Shown: in pieces, positions 1 through 12,340 of the stretch
How positions within the stretch are numbered: the first letter of the stretch is position 1
Layout: each line of letters starts with the position of its first letter
Translations under genes and position numbers: made by a program
From: Lama guanicoe
Lineage: Eukaryota
Assembly: GCA_013239625.1 (NCBI GenBank)
Contig: MU054117.1
Location: 4,392,677 to 4,456,676 of the forward strand
DNA length: 64,000 nucleotides
Reading direction: 5' to 3'
Notes under the pieces: generated by a model
Databases searched by the model: none
Told to the model about the DNA's origin: nothing
Seen by the model: only the letters and a program-made list of their open reading frames with translations

Positions 1-212
1 ACCCCTAAGCGCGGGAGTCCGAGGAGGGGAGAGAAAGAGCCGTGGCTCCTCCTCCCTCGATCTGCCCGCCCCCCGTGCCTGGAGGTGTGCTTTCTCTTTG
101 CCAATAAGTCCTTCAAAATCTCGCTGCACAACACTGCGTCTCCCATCCGAATTCTTATCTTTCGGGTAAGACAAGAACTGGGGTCCTCTCCCTTCCGCTT
201 TTGGGGTAACGC
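1..212 (+). mobile_element. 3' part (R/U5) of an ERV-like LTR, truncated by the window edge
   Basis: Degenerate polyA signal (caataag) followed by U5-like gaattcttatctttcg...aagacaagaac...ggtaac. Confidence 0.55.
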
Positions 213-269
213 ACTCACACCTGCATACCACAGACGACGTGCCCCTCTGTCACACGGCATCAGCCGACC

Positions 270-361
270 TAACGGGACTGTCAGGTTAAAGGGGTTTGGT
301 TGGGTTAATGGGATTGTTAGGTTAAACGGGTCTGAGTTGGGTTAATGGGGCTGTTAGGTTA
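270..361. repeat. G-rich minisatellite, alternating ~17/20-nt units (period ~37)
   Basis: taa(c/t)ggg..tgt.aggt x3 interleaved with taaa.gggt.tg..tgggt x2. Confidence 0.8.
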
Positions 362-1529
362 CAGACGGAGCAAAGGTACAGGTGCTTTGTCATCAGCTGA
401 GATTTTTCTGAAGGGGAAAGAGCTAAGTCCTGGTGACAGCCCCCAGAGAAGGAAGGAGGAGAGGGAGGGGACCCAGGACAAAGCACCAGGAGGGGACAGC
501 AGCACAGGCCGAGGGGCAGAACACTGGCCGCCCACAAGGGGCATGACTTGGCGGGGGCTCTAAACTGGCCCCCTGGGCAGCTGTGCCCAGGCAGGAACCG
601 CTGGGGTGGGAGGTCCGACCGGCCGTTCCTCATTGCGCTGAACTGTCCTGTTTTCTGGGTTCCCAGATTTGAACCTGGCTGGGGAGTGGAGCCCCAGAGC
701 TGGCGTCACCCATCTTTTGCTACCAGGACTGGGAGGCAGACAGATAACAGAAAGACAGGCTTCCACATGTGATCCGTGGGAAAGGCCTAGACGGGGGTGC
801 ACCGCGGGTTCTTGGGTGTGGGTGAAACCATTTCATGGTGTGTGTGCTTGCCTCCCCAGCACCCTGCCCGCCTCTCTGGGGCCAGCCGGGGCGGGGGCGG
901 GGGCCAGGGGCTTGCTCCCTGCACCCTGGGCAGGCGTCATGCTCGGTCCCCTTTGCTGCCTGACTCTGGGGCTGAGGCTCCTGCGGATCCGCGGTCCTCC
1001 CTCTGGGCCGCACCACATCCCTCCTGTCCTTCCGCCAGGAACAGAGACAGAGAGACCACATTTGTTTAAGCTGCACGGAGTCCAGCCGTCTCATCCTCGT
1101 GGGAAAAGCACTCAGCGGTCCCTGCTCACCCACAGCGTGTCAACCAGCAAGAGACGCTCCCAGGACTCCCCGCGGCGGGAGAGGGAGGTGGGAGGGCCCT
1201 CTCTCACCAGCTGGGGCTCCCCACTGTGCCTCCGGACTGAGGCTGCGTCTGCCAGAAGGAAAGGAAGTCGCTCTCCCCAACTGCGGTGGGACTGGGGCCG
1301 ATGGGAGCCTGGCCCCACACCAACCCCAGCCAGCACACGAGCTTCTGTCCCGGTCCCCTGAGTGCCCAGGTGAGCTCGAGTTCCGAACTCCTGCTCCTCC
1401 GGGCATGTCTTTTGGGGCCTGGAAAATCACTCCCGTGGAAACCAGCCCCCAGGGCCGTCTGTGCAGACAGAGCAGCAGGACCTGGCCTGGAAAACCCCCA
1501 GCTGCTGCCCCCCGTCCCCCGGGCCTCAC

Positions 1530-1668
1530 CTGCACCAGGACGTACTGGCACTCCCCAGGGAACAGGTACTTGAGCCCATCGAAGGTGAGGTAGTGAGCCA
1601 GGCCCAGGGCCGAGCACGAGGCGTCACACACGTGGTCCGAGCAGTTCCACTTCCGGTCCCGACAGACG
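1530..1668 (-). CDS. VWF: VWF exon 20 (139 nt), D'/D3 junction
   Basis: cttcccag|CGTC...GCAG|gtgagg; [46 protein letters not shown]. Confidence 0.97.
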
Positions 1669-1711
1669 CTGGGAAGAGGATGCAGGGGATGGTGGCCGGG
1701 TGCCTTGGGTA

Positions 1712-1754
1712 GGGGCAGGGCTGGGCATCGGAGGGGGCAGGGCTGGGCATCGGA
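1712..1754. repeat. 22-nt tandem duplication
   Basis: ggggcagggctgggcatcgga occurs twice. Confidence 0.9.
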
Positions 1755-2677
1755 AGAGCCAGGGCCACCCACCCTCCAGGAGGCCTCGGGAAGGGGGGTC
1801 TGTGGTTCGTGGACCCTGCCCTCCCGCCACATGGGGAAACCGGGCCAAAGACGGGCCCTGGTTGTCCGAGGTGACCCAGGCAGATGGAGGAAGAGGCCCA
1901 GTCACTCTGTCACCACCTGTTCCAGATGTGCTAAAGCCCCGCCTCCCCGGACGTCACCTGGGAGTGGCCACTGAGGGCCCAAAGCCCCTCTGAGACTAAT
2001 GGGACAATCGAGACAGAAAGGGCAGGAAAGTTCTGAGTGGGGAAACAGTGACCAGCCATGAACTTCCGGCAGGAGGGGCACGGGTGTGTGTAACTGAGTT
2101 TAAATCATGGTGATTTGCTGGCTGCCCCAGCTCCCCAGCCCGCCACCCCGTAACCAGAGCTGACATCAGGGGGCCACTCTGGACAACAGCAGTGGAGAGC
2201 TCAGACCTCAGGCCAGAGACAGGAAGCCCCTTCCTGCCTCTGTCCACGTGGCCCTTCCCTAAAGCTGTTCATGGCCCCAAAGTCAAAGGCAGGGTGAGCC
2301 AGCAGAGCAAGGGGCTGTGTGAAGGGGGGCCATGGAGGAGTGAGGGGGGACCAGCCACCTTGCATGGTCCTTTCTAAGCACCACAATATGCCTGGTGCGG
2401 GGTACAAGGCCAGAGAAGGTCCCCCGGACTCCACGCCCTTGGGCAGCTTGGGCACAAGTGCAGTGTTATCCTCCCCAGGCCCGTCTCCCGGCACAGAAAC
2501 ATTCCAGAGAGTGTCCGTGCAGGGTGAGAACACAGAATGATAAAGATTGTCCCATTTTACAGATGGAGAAACAGAGGCACAGAGAAAAGGAACGGAATGG
2601 CCACAGTCAAGTGCCAAAGCCAACCCTCGCTGTCTCAGTCTGCTTCTCCGTGTCCCCAGAACTCCTCCCGGCCTCAC

Positions 2678-2781
2678 CAAGTGTTGCAGTCAATCTTCAG
2701 CGTCTCTCCGGGGGCATACTCTCTGCCCTGGTGGAAGCAGGGACACCTTTCCAGGGCCACACACCTGTTCTCGTGCCGGAC
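2678..2781 (-). CDS. VWF: VWF exon 19 (104 nt)
   Basis: ttcccgtag|GTCC...CTTG|gtgagg; [34 protein letters not shown]; hand-translated. Confidence 0.97.
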
Positions 2782-3064
2782 CTACGGGAAAGTGATGCGG
2801 AAGTCTTGGGGCCATAGCGAGTGACCTCTGCTGGGAAGACAGCCCGGCCTGAAGCAGGCTGGGGCTGGAGAACTGTCGCTGGTCTGCACCGATCCTCCCG
2901 GCTCGGCTGAAGTCGCTCCAACCCCCTCTGCCCTCACACGCTGAAGGGGGCAGGTGCCCTGAGACCCCATAAGGCATGTCCCAGACCTTGACATGTGTGT
3001 CTCCTTAGACCCGGGAACCCCACCAGAGGGCCTCTCCAAAGGTAACAGAGCTGTGAGCAAAGAT

Positions 3065-3420
3065 TAATGTACAATTATTCATTGTTGCAAAAAAATAGAA
3101 GCAATCAAGTTTTCAACAACAGAAAAATGATTAAATCTATTAAAGGATCTCCAAGTGATGGTGTAGAGCTATTAAACCATTAAAAGTTTTGAGAAATACT
3201 TATGCTGTTAATTTATAAAACACGGAAGGAAAAGCCATACACACATATGGTCCCAATTATGAAAAGAAGATAAATCTATTTCAAAAAAGTCTTGAAGGAA
3301 ATATACAGCTGCCTCTGGGGGGCTGGGATAAGGTAATTTTATCTTCTTTTTTGGTTTTAATTTTTTTCTGAATGTTCTTAATTGAGCATCTACTATGTTT
3401 TGTAACTGAAGAAAACGGCT
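3065..3420 (+). mobile_element. Ancient L1 (L1ME-like) 3' fragment
   Basis: AT-rich, degraded L1 3'UTR-like phrases. Confidence 0.5.
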
Positions 3421-3946
3421 GATCTATTTAATGAAATGAATGAAGAATAGTGCACTTCATGTCCTAGAGGTGGGAGTTGAATCCAGGCCACACACAGGCA
3501 TGGACCAAAACCAGAGGCTGGGCTTTTCCAAGCCCGGGTGCACCCTCCTGACCCCGTCCCTGAGGGTCTGACACTCCTCCACGGGGCATGCTCTCCACCC
3601 ACGAAGAAGTGATGACATGACATGTGAAACTCTTCATGGGCCAGAGGGGCCGAGTTGAGAAGAGCTGGCCAAGCCCACTCTGACCCCACACGCACATCTG
3701 CTCCTGTCCCAACCCCAGGAGGCAGCCCGGACGCCTGCCCTGGCAGGACCCTGGGTAAAGAGACCCTGCCCTCAGGTTCCAGAGCCACCTGAGGGGTGAG
3801 AAGCTCCTGGTCCACGGCATCCGTGCAATCCAGTCACTCCGCAGACGAGCCTGGCCTCCCTGGGCTCGGAGCCAGACACAGGCCTGGAACAGGGCAGGCT
3901 TGGGCTCAACAGAGGGCTTTCACGTCAAAAATTATAGGCTAAAATC

Positions 3947-4243
3947 TTGTGTGCGTGAGCCTGTGCATGTATGTGTGCATGTGTGTGTGCACGCTTGCAT
4001 GTGAGTGTGTACACGTGCATGTGTGCGTGTGCATTTGTGCGCGTGTGTGCCTCGTGTGAGTCCATGTGTGCATGTGTGTGTGAATCTGTACGTGTATTTG
4101 TGTGCATGCGGTGTGTGTGCATGTAAGTGTACACGTGTGTGCGTGCGTGTGTGCATGTGCGTGGGTATGCATGTGGATGTGTACTGTGTATATGCGTGTG
4201 CATGTGAGTGTGTGCATGTGTGTGTGTGTACATGTGCATGTGT
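3947..4243. repeat. Degenerate (TG)n/(TGCA) purine-pyrimidine microsatellite, ~300 bp
   Basis: Directly visible; explains the His/Thr- and Cys/Val-rich spurious ORFs. Confidence 0.97.
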
Positions 4244-4592
4244 TGGAACGGGTGGGAAGAAGAACCTCCACTACTCAACCGCCACCTTCATGCAAGATTG
4301 GGAGTGTCGCTGGGTCCCCAGGGCCTAAGTGAAGGGCCAGGATGAGAGTCAGAGCGAGGGAGACGCAGGTGGACCACACTCCCGGTGGCTCTTACCTCCC
4401 AGGACCACAGTGTGTTTGGAGGACAACGAGCTCAGGCCCCGGGCAGGGAAGCCGGCAGCCTGGTAGGTACAGGGAGGGCTGGGAAAGGTCCCTACCCACC
4501 CCCCTACCCCAGTCTTACAGGCCCGCACACTCAGGCTTCCTTTCCCCATCGCCCACCTCCCCTCTCCCTCGGCTCCGACCTAAGTCCCAGGC

Positions 4593-4607
4593 CTGCCACC
4601 TAGTGGC
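4593..4607 (-). promoter_or_regulatory. CTCF motif
   Basis: Minus strand reads GCCACTAGGTGGCAG. Confidence 0.55.
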
Positions 4608-6330
4608 TGCTCTGAGAAGGACGGCCGCCTCCCAGGGGACCCGGACTCACTCAGTCCTGCATTTAGTGGAGACCAGACAACCAGCCTCGTGATGGGAAAC
4701 GTCACGTGAGACAAAAGCGACGCAGGGGGCTGGGAAAGGATTCCAGGAAGCAGCCCGCTCACCTCCCCTCGGCCGCAGGCCGGGTGGACGGCTCCCAGCC
4801 CCATGGTCTGTGCGCTCAAAGTTCTAACCTCTCTCCAGAGAGGTCAACCCACTGACAAGGAGCCCTGCACACCCAGGGCCCAGGGGTGAGTCCGGGAGGC
4901 CCAGCCCCCTCCAGGGGACGGAAACGCAGGCCCCAGTCTGCCAAGGTAACCCGGCACCTCTGCTGTGCCCACAAACCGCACGGCTCCTCTCTGCTCTGCT
5001 GACTGCCGTGTTGGTGGATTACAACTTAAAAGAGGACCTTGGGACTGAACGAGGACGGCTGTGAAGGGGACGGAGGCCTGGGTTAGACCCACGGCAGAGC
5101 TGGAAGGGATGCAGAGCACAACCTTAAACGAAGAGGAAAGGTTTCCGGACTGTATTTCTGCAGGAGGCTCCCAACTTGGCAGAGAAGATCAGACAACAGC
5201 AGATAAAGACACAGCGCAGGAGAGGGACGGGGTCTCGGTGAGGCCCGTCCGACACACAGGGCGGCACAGAATTTTGTGGCAAGTCACTGAAACTTCATGC
5301 CTAAAAGAAGTGATACACTGCCGCCTAGTGCTTGTCCCTGTGGGACACCAGAAGGATAAGATAAAGCTGGTGAATGTCCTTCAAAGACTTCAGACAAAAA
5401 CAGGCAGAAATGGTTTCACTACTGCTCATCTTGAGTTAAAAAGGCTCGTGCTGAGAACATGGTCCTAGGCCTTGGTCAGCCCCAAGAAAAATTACAAAGT
5501 GGAGAAAAAAATGGTTTTGTTACTTCTCTCTGAAAAGGCCCATCTTCACCCCTCCATACAGACCTATTCTCCAAAATCTTTTTTGCCTTCCAAGTGTCCT
5601 TTGTCCTCCCCACACCATCACTCCTTCCAGCTCAGTGCAGCTGACTTCAACTAGATGTTTGCTAGAGGAAAGAATCTGATGAAATAACTCATGCTAAAGT
5701 GTGAATGACTTCCCATGAGGATTTATAAGGTTGTAGGCTTTTCTGACCCTTTCATTTGTTAACCAAAATGAATTTATGCTTATTGTACTTCAGTAAACCT
5801 GAATAGGTAGCAAATCACAGGAAGTGCAGGAGATATTTTTGAGATGAGGGGCTTTCTGGGGCCTTTTGGAATCACATCCCATAGGATTTACATGTGCGGC
5901 TCTCTCTGGATGGGCCCCTGAGCCCAAGCTCTAGCTTTCAAAAGACAGCACCAAAAAGCCTTTTCAGTCTTCATATTGGGCCAGTGAGAAAACTGGGCAT
6001 CAAAGGACCAGAGAAATGAACACATTTCCCAGCTGCTGAGAGGTTTCCCAAGACCAGAGAACTGGGTACCAGTTTGGAAAATGTAGCCAGGATTTCAGAG
6101 GGCGAGTGAGCATCCCCCAGACCGTGGTACTGCACTTGGGTCCGGGAGTCAGGAGAGCAGGATTTCCACTGCATAATCATGTGGCGTTGAATGGTTCTGT
6201 GTCCTTCCTTTGCTTGGTCTCCTCCTGTGCAGGAGGAGGGGTAAAAGTGTGGGTCATCAGGGCTCCTGGCTCTGCCTGGGACAGCTGCAGCCGAGGCTGG
6301 AATGGCAGAGCCCGGCAGAGGGCTGTGCTT

Positions 6331-6346
6331 TGCTGCCACCTTGTGG
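6331..6346 (-). promoter_or_regulatory. CTCF motif
   Basis: Minus strand reads CCACAAGGTGGCAGCA. Confidence 0.6.
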
Positions 6347-6589
6347 TGGAAGCAGGTAACACCCTAATTTAAAAGCAACATGTTCACTTAAGAGCTTTTG
6401 AGCCATAGAAAACATTGGGAAATGTTCTAGTGCAACCCCCTCATTTTATTGATCTAGTGGATCTTATATGTGGACCCTGAGGTCCAAAAAACTTCTCCCA
6501 GTGTGCACTAATTTCCTGTAGTATCTCTGTTCATGATATGATTCACAGTCTTCCTCCGTGAACTTCTTGTAACCGTGGTCATTAAACCA

Positions 6590-6765
6590 CCACTCACTAA
6601 GCGACTTCTATGTGCCCCCCACTGTCATCTCCAGTCCTGCTAACAACCCTTCCGACCCAGTTTTACAGGTGAGAAAAGTCAGACACAAAGATGTTAAGCG
6701 ACTTGCAGCCCAGTTAAGTAAATGTTAGGAGCCCGGATTCAAGCCTGGAGGATGGAGGCTCCAGT
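6590..6765 (-). mobile_element. MIR SINE
   Basis: ttttacaggtgagaaaa...gttaagcgacttgc...ggattcaagcc core. Confidence 0.7.
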
Positions 6766-8234
6766 CCACGCAGCTTGTCCATCAGGGTGTTGACCGCCTG
6801 TCAGAAGCATCCTCACCCCCTGTGCCATTCAAGGAGAACTTGGCACAAGGGTAGATGGAATGAACCAGAAAAACCTCTGGTCTGAGCAGGTGCCAGGCCC
6901 CAAACAAATGGCAAAGTGGGGGACTCCCTCCCTGCCACCAACATCAATCAGACACTGCTGGCTGTGAAAAGGGAGAGGAAACCTTCAGCCGAGAGCGGGG
7001 CTGCTCAAAGTGTGGTCCCCGGACCAGTGCCAGGCTGTGAGGGTGTGTGTGCAGCAGGTGTTTAGAAAATCGTGCGGCCATTTACCACGTCTGTTGCCCA
7101 GGTCTACCCATCATTGCCTTTGTTATCTTTTCCTGGCCATTCATGTCTGTCGTATTTACAAAAGCTTTGGTCCACAGCAGATTGGAAATTTAAGAAAACA
7201 GTCCCTTCCCAGGTCTCCCCCATGGACCAGAGGAGGGGGTCAGCCCAGCCTCTGAGACTGAGCGCCAGTTACGGACAAAAACAATTACAGCTCTTCCCAC
7301 GATTCTATATGGCACTTTCTGGTCTTAAAAGTGCTTCCACAGATGACTCCTTCGGGCCCATGGCCAACGCGTGATGAAGGCAGAAGAGAAACGTCGCGCC
7401 ATCCTGCCCTCCCCCGGCCCCCACTTTGGCCCTCCCCACCCCGCCCAGGGGAAGCAAGAAGACAGGGTGCATTTGAAAGAAGAAAATCCAGAAGGTGCAT
7501 CCTTCAGGGTGACAAGAGCAATCTATATTTTTAATATACGAAATGCCCCAAGATGAGACTTGGGAGGGAGGTAAGGGGGCCTGGGCATGCTCAGACCACT
7601 GTCACCCACAGAGGCACCAGGAGCCAGGTGGCTGCAGACCAGCATGGTGGGACCACGCGTGGCCTCCAAGGACCAGCTGGCCGAAGGGTGAGTGACTGCA
7701 GCCCCAGAGTCCCGGAATGTTAAAGCCGACCAAGACCTCATGACTCACTTTACAGAGGAGGACAAGGCTCAGCGTAGGGAAGGGACTTGCTGGACCAGGG
7801 CTTGCCGATGGCATGGCAGGGACATCAATGTCCTCTCTTGAAATAGAAAGTTGTATGCAATATGCAAATCATATGCAAATATATGTGTGCATGTCATCTC
7901 ATCTTCATACAATGGGATGCCGCCCTTGGGAAAATTCTAGTGGAAATGCCTATTTTCACTTATAAGTATTTTCTGGAAATACCTGCTTTGCTTCCCAAGG
8001 CACTGCTGTGCAGAGCTCTTGTATTTTTGTCAACTTTCATCAGGATCAACCCCGGACACTCCCCTACCATCTCCTTCCCCACCTCTGGCCACAGAGGACC
8101 CCGCGCCGCCCCCCCACGGCACCCTCACTGCCATCCTCGTGGGGCTCTTGTTTCTCCCTCTCTCTGGCTCCAAAGCCCACCCCACTCCCCGCAGGAACAT
8201 GAAGGTGGCCACCCGCTGCAGCTCGGGGACTTAC

Positions 8235-8395
8235 CATGCCCGGGGGACAGAGGCAGCCAGACACGCAGCCTGCGCTCACACACTCCAGGTCGTAGTTCTG
8301 GCAGGTTTTGGCACACTCGAGCCCTTCCGCCCTCGGGTTGTCAGCGGGACACACCAGCTTGACCATGGGGGGCCGGCAGAACAGGCTCCTTTTGC
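8235..8395 (-). CDS. VWF: VWF exon 18 (161 nt), furin site and D' N-terminus
   Basis: gaatccaag|GCAAAAGG...CATG|gtaagt; [54 protein letters not shown]. Confidence 0.97.
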
Positions 8396-8929
8396 CTTGG
8401 ATTCGGGAAACCCAAGAGGTGATGAGCAAGGGGTGAATGGATCTGCCTTCTGCTCTGTCCTTTGCCCCCTGCCTGCCATCACTGGATTCCAGAGGCTCAG
8501 GGTACCCACTCCCTCGGGTAGATCATGGCCCAATCTCCAGCCCAGGCCAGCCGAGAGCTGGGTCCCTGTGCTGGCCTGAACGGCAGCTTCATCTCCCCAG
8601 CTGAGCGCTGGCCTCTGTCCACTATGAAGGTGCCTCTGCCAAGCTCAGCATCCCTCTGACAGCCTATGGTCCTCCTTTCCCTTGACCCTGCTGCTGTCCG
8701 CTGCATGGAATCAGGATGCGCCCACAGAAATGTCCAGAGCCAGGCTTCAAGGGAGCTGGGTTTGGGTGCTAAAAAGAAATCTTTGCCCCAGCAGGACCAT
8801 TCTTGAAATGTTTATAACAAATCTGGTGGCAAAAACTTTAAAGGGGGCTTTGCTCACATGTCACCCAGCCCCTGGCCATCCCAGCCGCTCTATCTAAATC
8901 TGTAACACTCCATCCCTGGGCACTCCGAC

Positions 8930-9135
8930 CTGCCCTCCTTGCCTCCTCCACCTGATCACCCTCTGGTATCACCATCTGACACACCACACACTTTACTTCT
9001 TTGTTGAGCGCCCTCTCCCACCCCGCCCCGCCCCACGCACTAGAACATATGCTGCATGAAGGCAGGGAGTTTGTCTGCTTTGTTCACTTCTCTATTTCCT
9101 GGCAATCAGCAGGTGTCACTGGCTGATTGAATAAA
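8930..9135 (+). mobile_element. L2 3' end
   Basis: ctagaacatatgctgcatgaaggcagggag...ttgttcact...ttgaataaatga. Confidence 0.7.
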
Positions 9136-9486
9136 TGATGACAGCAGATGAAGGACACAGCACTGGTCTTTCGAAAGCCCTGATGCACTGAACAGCATTT
9201 ATATTCGTATCTGTAAGGCAGAATTTCCAGCCTTGTTTTTATATGGAAACTTTTGTTAGGAAATTGAAACCCTAAGAGGTTAAATGGTTTTTCCAAATCA
9301 CACAAAATTCTAGGAGTTTCCTGACTTTAAAAAAAGATACGTTGCAGTGCCTAGGCTAGAAAGCTGAGCGAGAGAAGCATTAAAGACAAGCCTCGGAGGT
9401 AGAACGCAGCAGAGAGAGGTGGGGGGGGGCGCTACCACAGGAACAGGGAGGAGAAAGAGGCAGAGAGACGCAGCGACCTGGAGTTC

Positions 9487-9827
9487 GGCTATGAACTTAA
9501 AGCTTGTGTTCCCCTAAAATTCACATGCTGCAATCCTAACCCCCAAACGCCATGCTATTAGAAGTGAGGCTTTGGGAGGTGACTGGGTGGTGAGGGTGGA
9601 GCCCTCATGAATGGGATTAGAACCCTCTGAAGGGACCCCACAAAGCTCCCCAGCCCCTCCCACCATGCCAGGACTCGGCGAGAATCTAGAAAAGGGCCCT
9701 CACCTGCCCGTGCGGGCACCCTGCTCTCAGAAGTCTAGCCTCCAGGATGGTGAGAAACAAAGGCCTGGTGTCTGGAAGACCCCTGGTCGGCACTGTTTTG
9801 TCACAGCCGCCCAAAGGGACTAAGACA
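9487..9827 (+). mobile_element. MaLR LTR (MLT1A-like)
   Basis: gctatgaact...tgtgttcccctaaaattcacatg...agcctccag...gactaagaca. Confidence 0.85.
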
Positions 9828-10602
9828 AGGGCACAATTTCTGACTGCAGCTCATGAGCCACCCCAGGCTGAGAGATGCTCCTCAGTCAGTCATGCAGAGG
9901 GTGGGGCCGGACTCCTCGGCAGGGGAGGCCGGGAGACAAATGTGGGCCCAGAGCTGGGTCATGGGAGAGAGGGGGTCTAGAGGAAAGTGAGAGAAGTCAA
10001 GCTGGAGGCTGCAAATAGCCCATTTATCTGCCTCAAGGCACCTCTCCCTCCCACTGGAGGGTCCTCTCTAAGCAAGGATGAGGGATCCTTCTGGATCCAA
10101 TTAGGCCGCTGACCCAGGAACGTGAGTATGGTCTCACCAGTGCCAGGTCTGCCCCGGCCCCCTCCCGTGCCGTGTCTGTAAACCAGCACAGCAACCACCA
10201 CTGAGGGCAACGGGCCCAAGCCCCCCCCACCCAGATCCATCTGAGGGGCTTTCTAAGGAGCTGCCCCGGTCAGCGCGTCCCAGGTGAAAAGAGGCCACTG
10301 AAGGCGGGTGGTGTTCACCACAATCAAGGCGACCGAGGTGCTCACAGCTGCTCCCTGGGTAAGGTCCCGTGGGCAGAAGGGAGCTCTCACTGACGGGGTC
10401 ACCGTGCAGGTAACTCAGCCTGTCCCCATCACAAAGTAAGACCCCTCTGGCTGGATAACTGGGATGCGCACAGACCAAGGCACGCCCAGGCCTGGAAGTC
10501 ACGCTCGCAAACACGTGCCTAAATGCAGCCAGCTGCCTCCCCCACCCCGCGTGAGAAATCTGGGCAGAGGGGGGCGAAGAGCTCCTGGGGCGCAGTACTC
10601 AC

Positions 10603-10697
10603 TGCGGTGGGACAGGGGACCGCCGAGGACGGTGTCGGGCAGCAGGCTCCCCGGGGCTCCGCTGGTGGAACAGTGCATGAAGCCATTCTCACAGTAG
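10603..10697 (-). CDS. VWF: VWF exon 17 (95 nt), end of propeptide
   Basis: ctctgcag|CTAC...CGCA|gtgagt; YCENGFMHCSTSGAPGSLLPDTVLGGPLSHR. Confidence 0.97.
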
Positions 10698-10849
10698 CTG
10701 CAGAGAGGACGGTGACAGCTGAGACGGATTCCCCGCCTCCCACCCACCCTCTGCCCCTCCAGCCAGGCTCCCGGCCCATCCTATAACCCGCCTGAAGCAC
10801 AGCTTGCTGGGGGCACCAGCGACCACGTGACTCCCCCCACGCCCTTGAT

Positions 10850-12340
10850 CCACATGTTCAAATGCCTGCATGATGGCCTCCTGTGGTTCTCAAAGACACT
10901 TCAAGCTCAGTCTGTCCCCACCTCGACTCACGACCCCTGCTCTGAAGCCAGTTTTCCTCCAGGGCCCAGATTCATCAAATGAAACCACCATCCACCTAGT
11001 CTCACAAACCAGAAACCAGGGATCGCCCGGACACAGCCTTCTCCCCTCCCCCCACACCTGACCCATCCCTAAGCCCTGGGCTTCGTGTCCTGAGTGTTTC
11101 TAGAATCCATACCCACTGTCCATCTCCACCGTGACGGCTGCCTGGATGAGCAAAGAATAGTCTGGAGAAGCCTGCAGGCCACGTGGGCTTGCACGTCCCA
11201 CCCCCCTTCCCCGGGCGTCACTGCGCTTGCCCCAGCAGGCTTGCTCTTCGGGGCACTGTCAGAGGACACAAACAGCCACACACAAGCCCTGAGTTCCCGC
11301 TGCCTCATGCTCTCCGTGAAATCCAAGCTTCTGGATGACGTGGGGAGACAGGATGGGCTGTAGGTTTCAGCCCCAGTGCCCGAAGGTGGGGCCGGGCAGA
11401 AGAGACGGTCACAGAAAGGCCGCTGATGTCCAGACCCTGAGAAGAGCCTGGATCCAGGGCCACCCCCGCCCCTGTACATCCAGGAGGTGCTGCACACCCC
11501 CCACCTTCATTGTGCCTCTAATAGTAAAATAACCAGCCACGCTTGCTGCCCTCCCTCCAAGTCACCCCAGCACCTCCCCTTGGCTTCTTTCCCCACCACA
11601 GTATGAAGCATGGGGGCCACCATGACCTCCTGATCCCCAAATTCAACATATTCTGTGGAATATGAGGAACTCAGGAGTCCCTGGGTCCCAGCCCCTTGCA
11701 GGAGGATTTGGGAAAGTGATTATCTCGCTAAGCCTCAAATTCTTTACTAAAAGAGCAAGCCCTGCCTGTATAATTGTTGCTTGAAAGTCCCAGGGAGAAA
11801 CACCGTGAATACTGTAGCCCCCCAGCTGCAGTGAGACGGCCACCGGGCCAAGGCCAAACGCCCAAACCCACAGAAGGCGTCGTTACGGGCCTGTCCCCTT
11901 CACTCCCCTGATACGGGCCTGTCCCGGCCCTGCCCTTTGCCCTTGACCTCTCTCACAGGCTCCTCCTCCTCCTCCTCCCCTGGTCCCCCGAACATTCTCT
12001 CCGATTCTGGACTCAGTCCTCTCGGCTGCTCCTCCTAGAAGCCTCGCTACTCTCACAGCTGGAAGTGCCTCCAGCCCCAATCTCTCACTCAAGCTCCAAA
12101 CACAAAACTCCAGCGACTGGTTCCACTTACACTCCAAGATGCCCTCATGGTGACTCAGAGTCGTCAAGGCCAGAACCAAATTCCCTGTCTTCCCCCTTGC
12201 TGCTCCTGGCATCCCTGCCCACACTCTGAGCATTCAAGTTCAGAACCCTGGGGTCACTGTCAACACACCCCCTCCTCCCACACCTTGGGTCCAGTCTGTT
12301 TCCTTTCCCAGTGTCTCCAGCTCCATTCTGCAAACTGGCC
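10850..12340 (+). mobile_element. Dispersed L2 fragments (approx. 10850-11110 and 11980-12340)
   Basis: Pyrimidine-rich L2-like phrases (caccatccacctag, aaaccaggga, ctagaatcc); boundaries approximate. Confidence 0.5.

Noticed and set aside
270..361. CRISPR-like array or interstitial telomere
   Set aside because: Eukaryotic intron; the spacers are themselves repeats and there is no run of exact TTAGGG.
669..1361. 230-aa plus-strand ORF and other long ORFs in GC-rich introns or antisense to exons
   Set aside because: Low-complexity Pro/Gly/Arg content expected from GC-rich DNA; no domain or splice support.
3925..4332. His/Thr-rich and Cys/Val-rich ORFs
   Set aside because: Translation artefacts of the TG/CA microsatellite.
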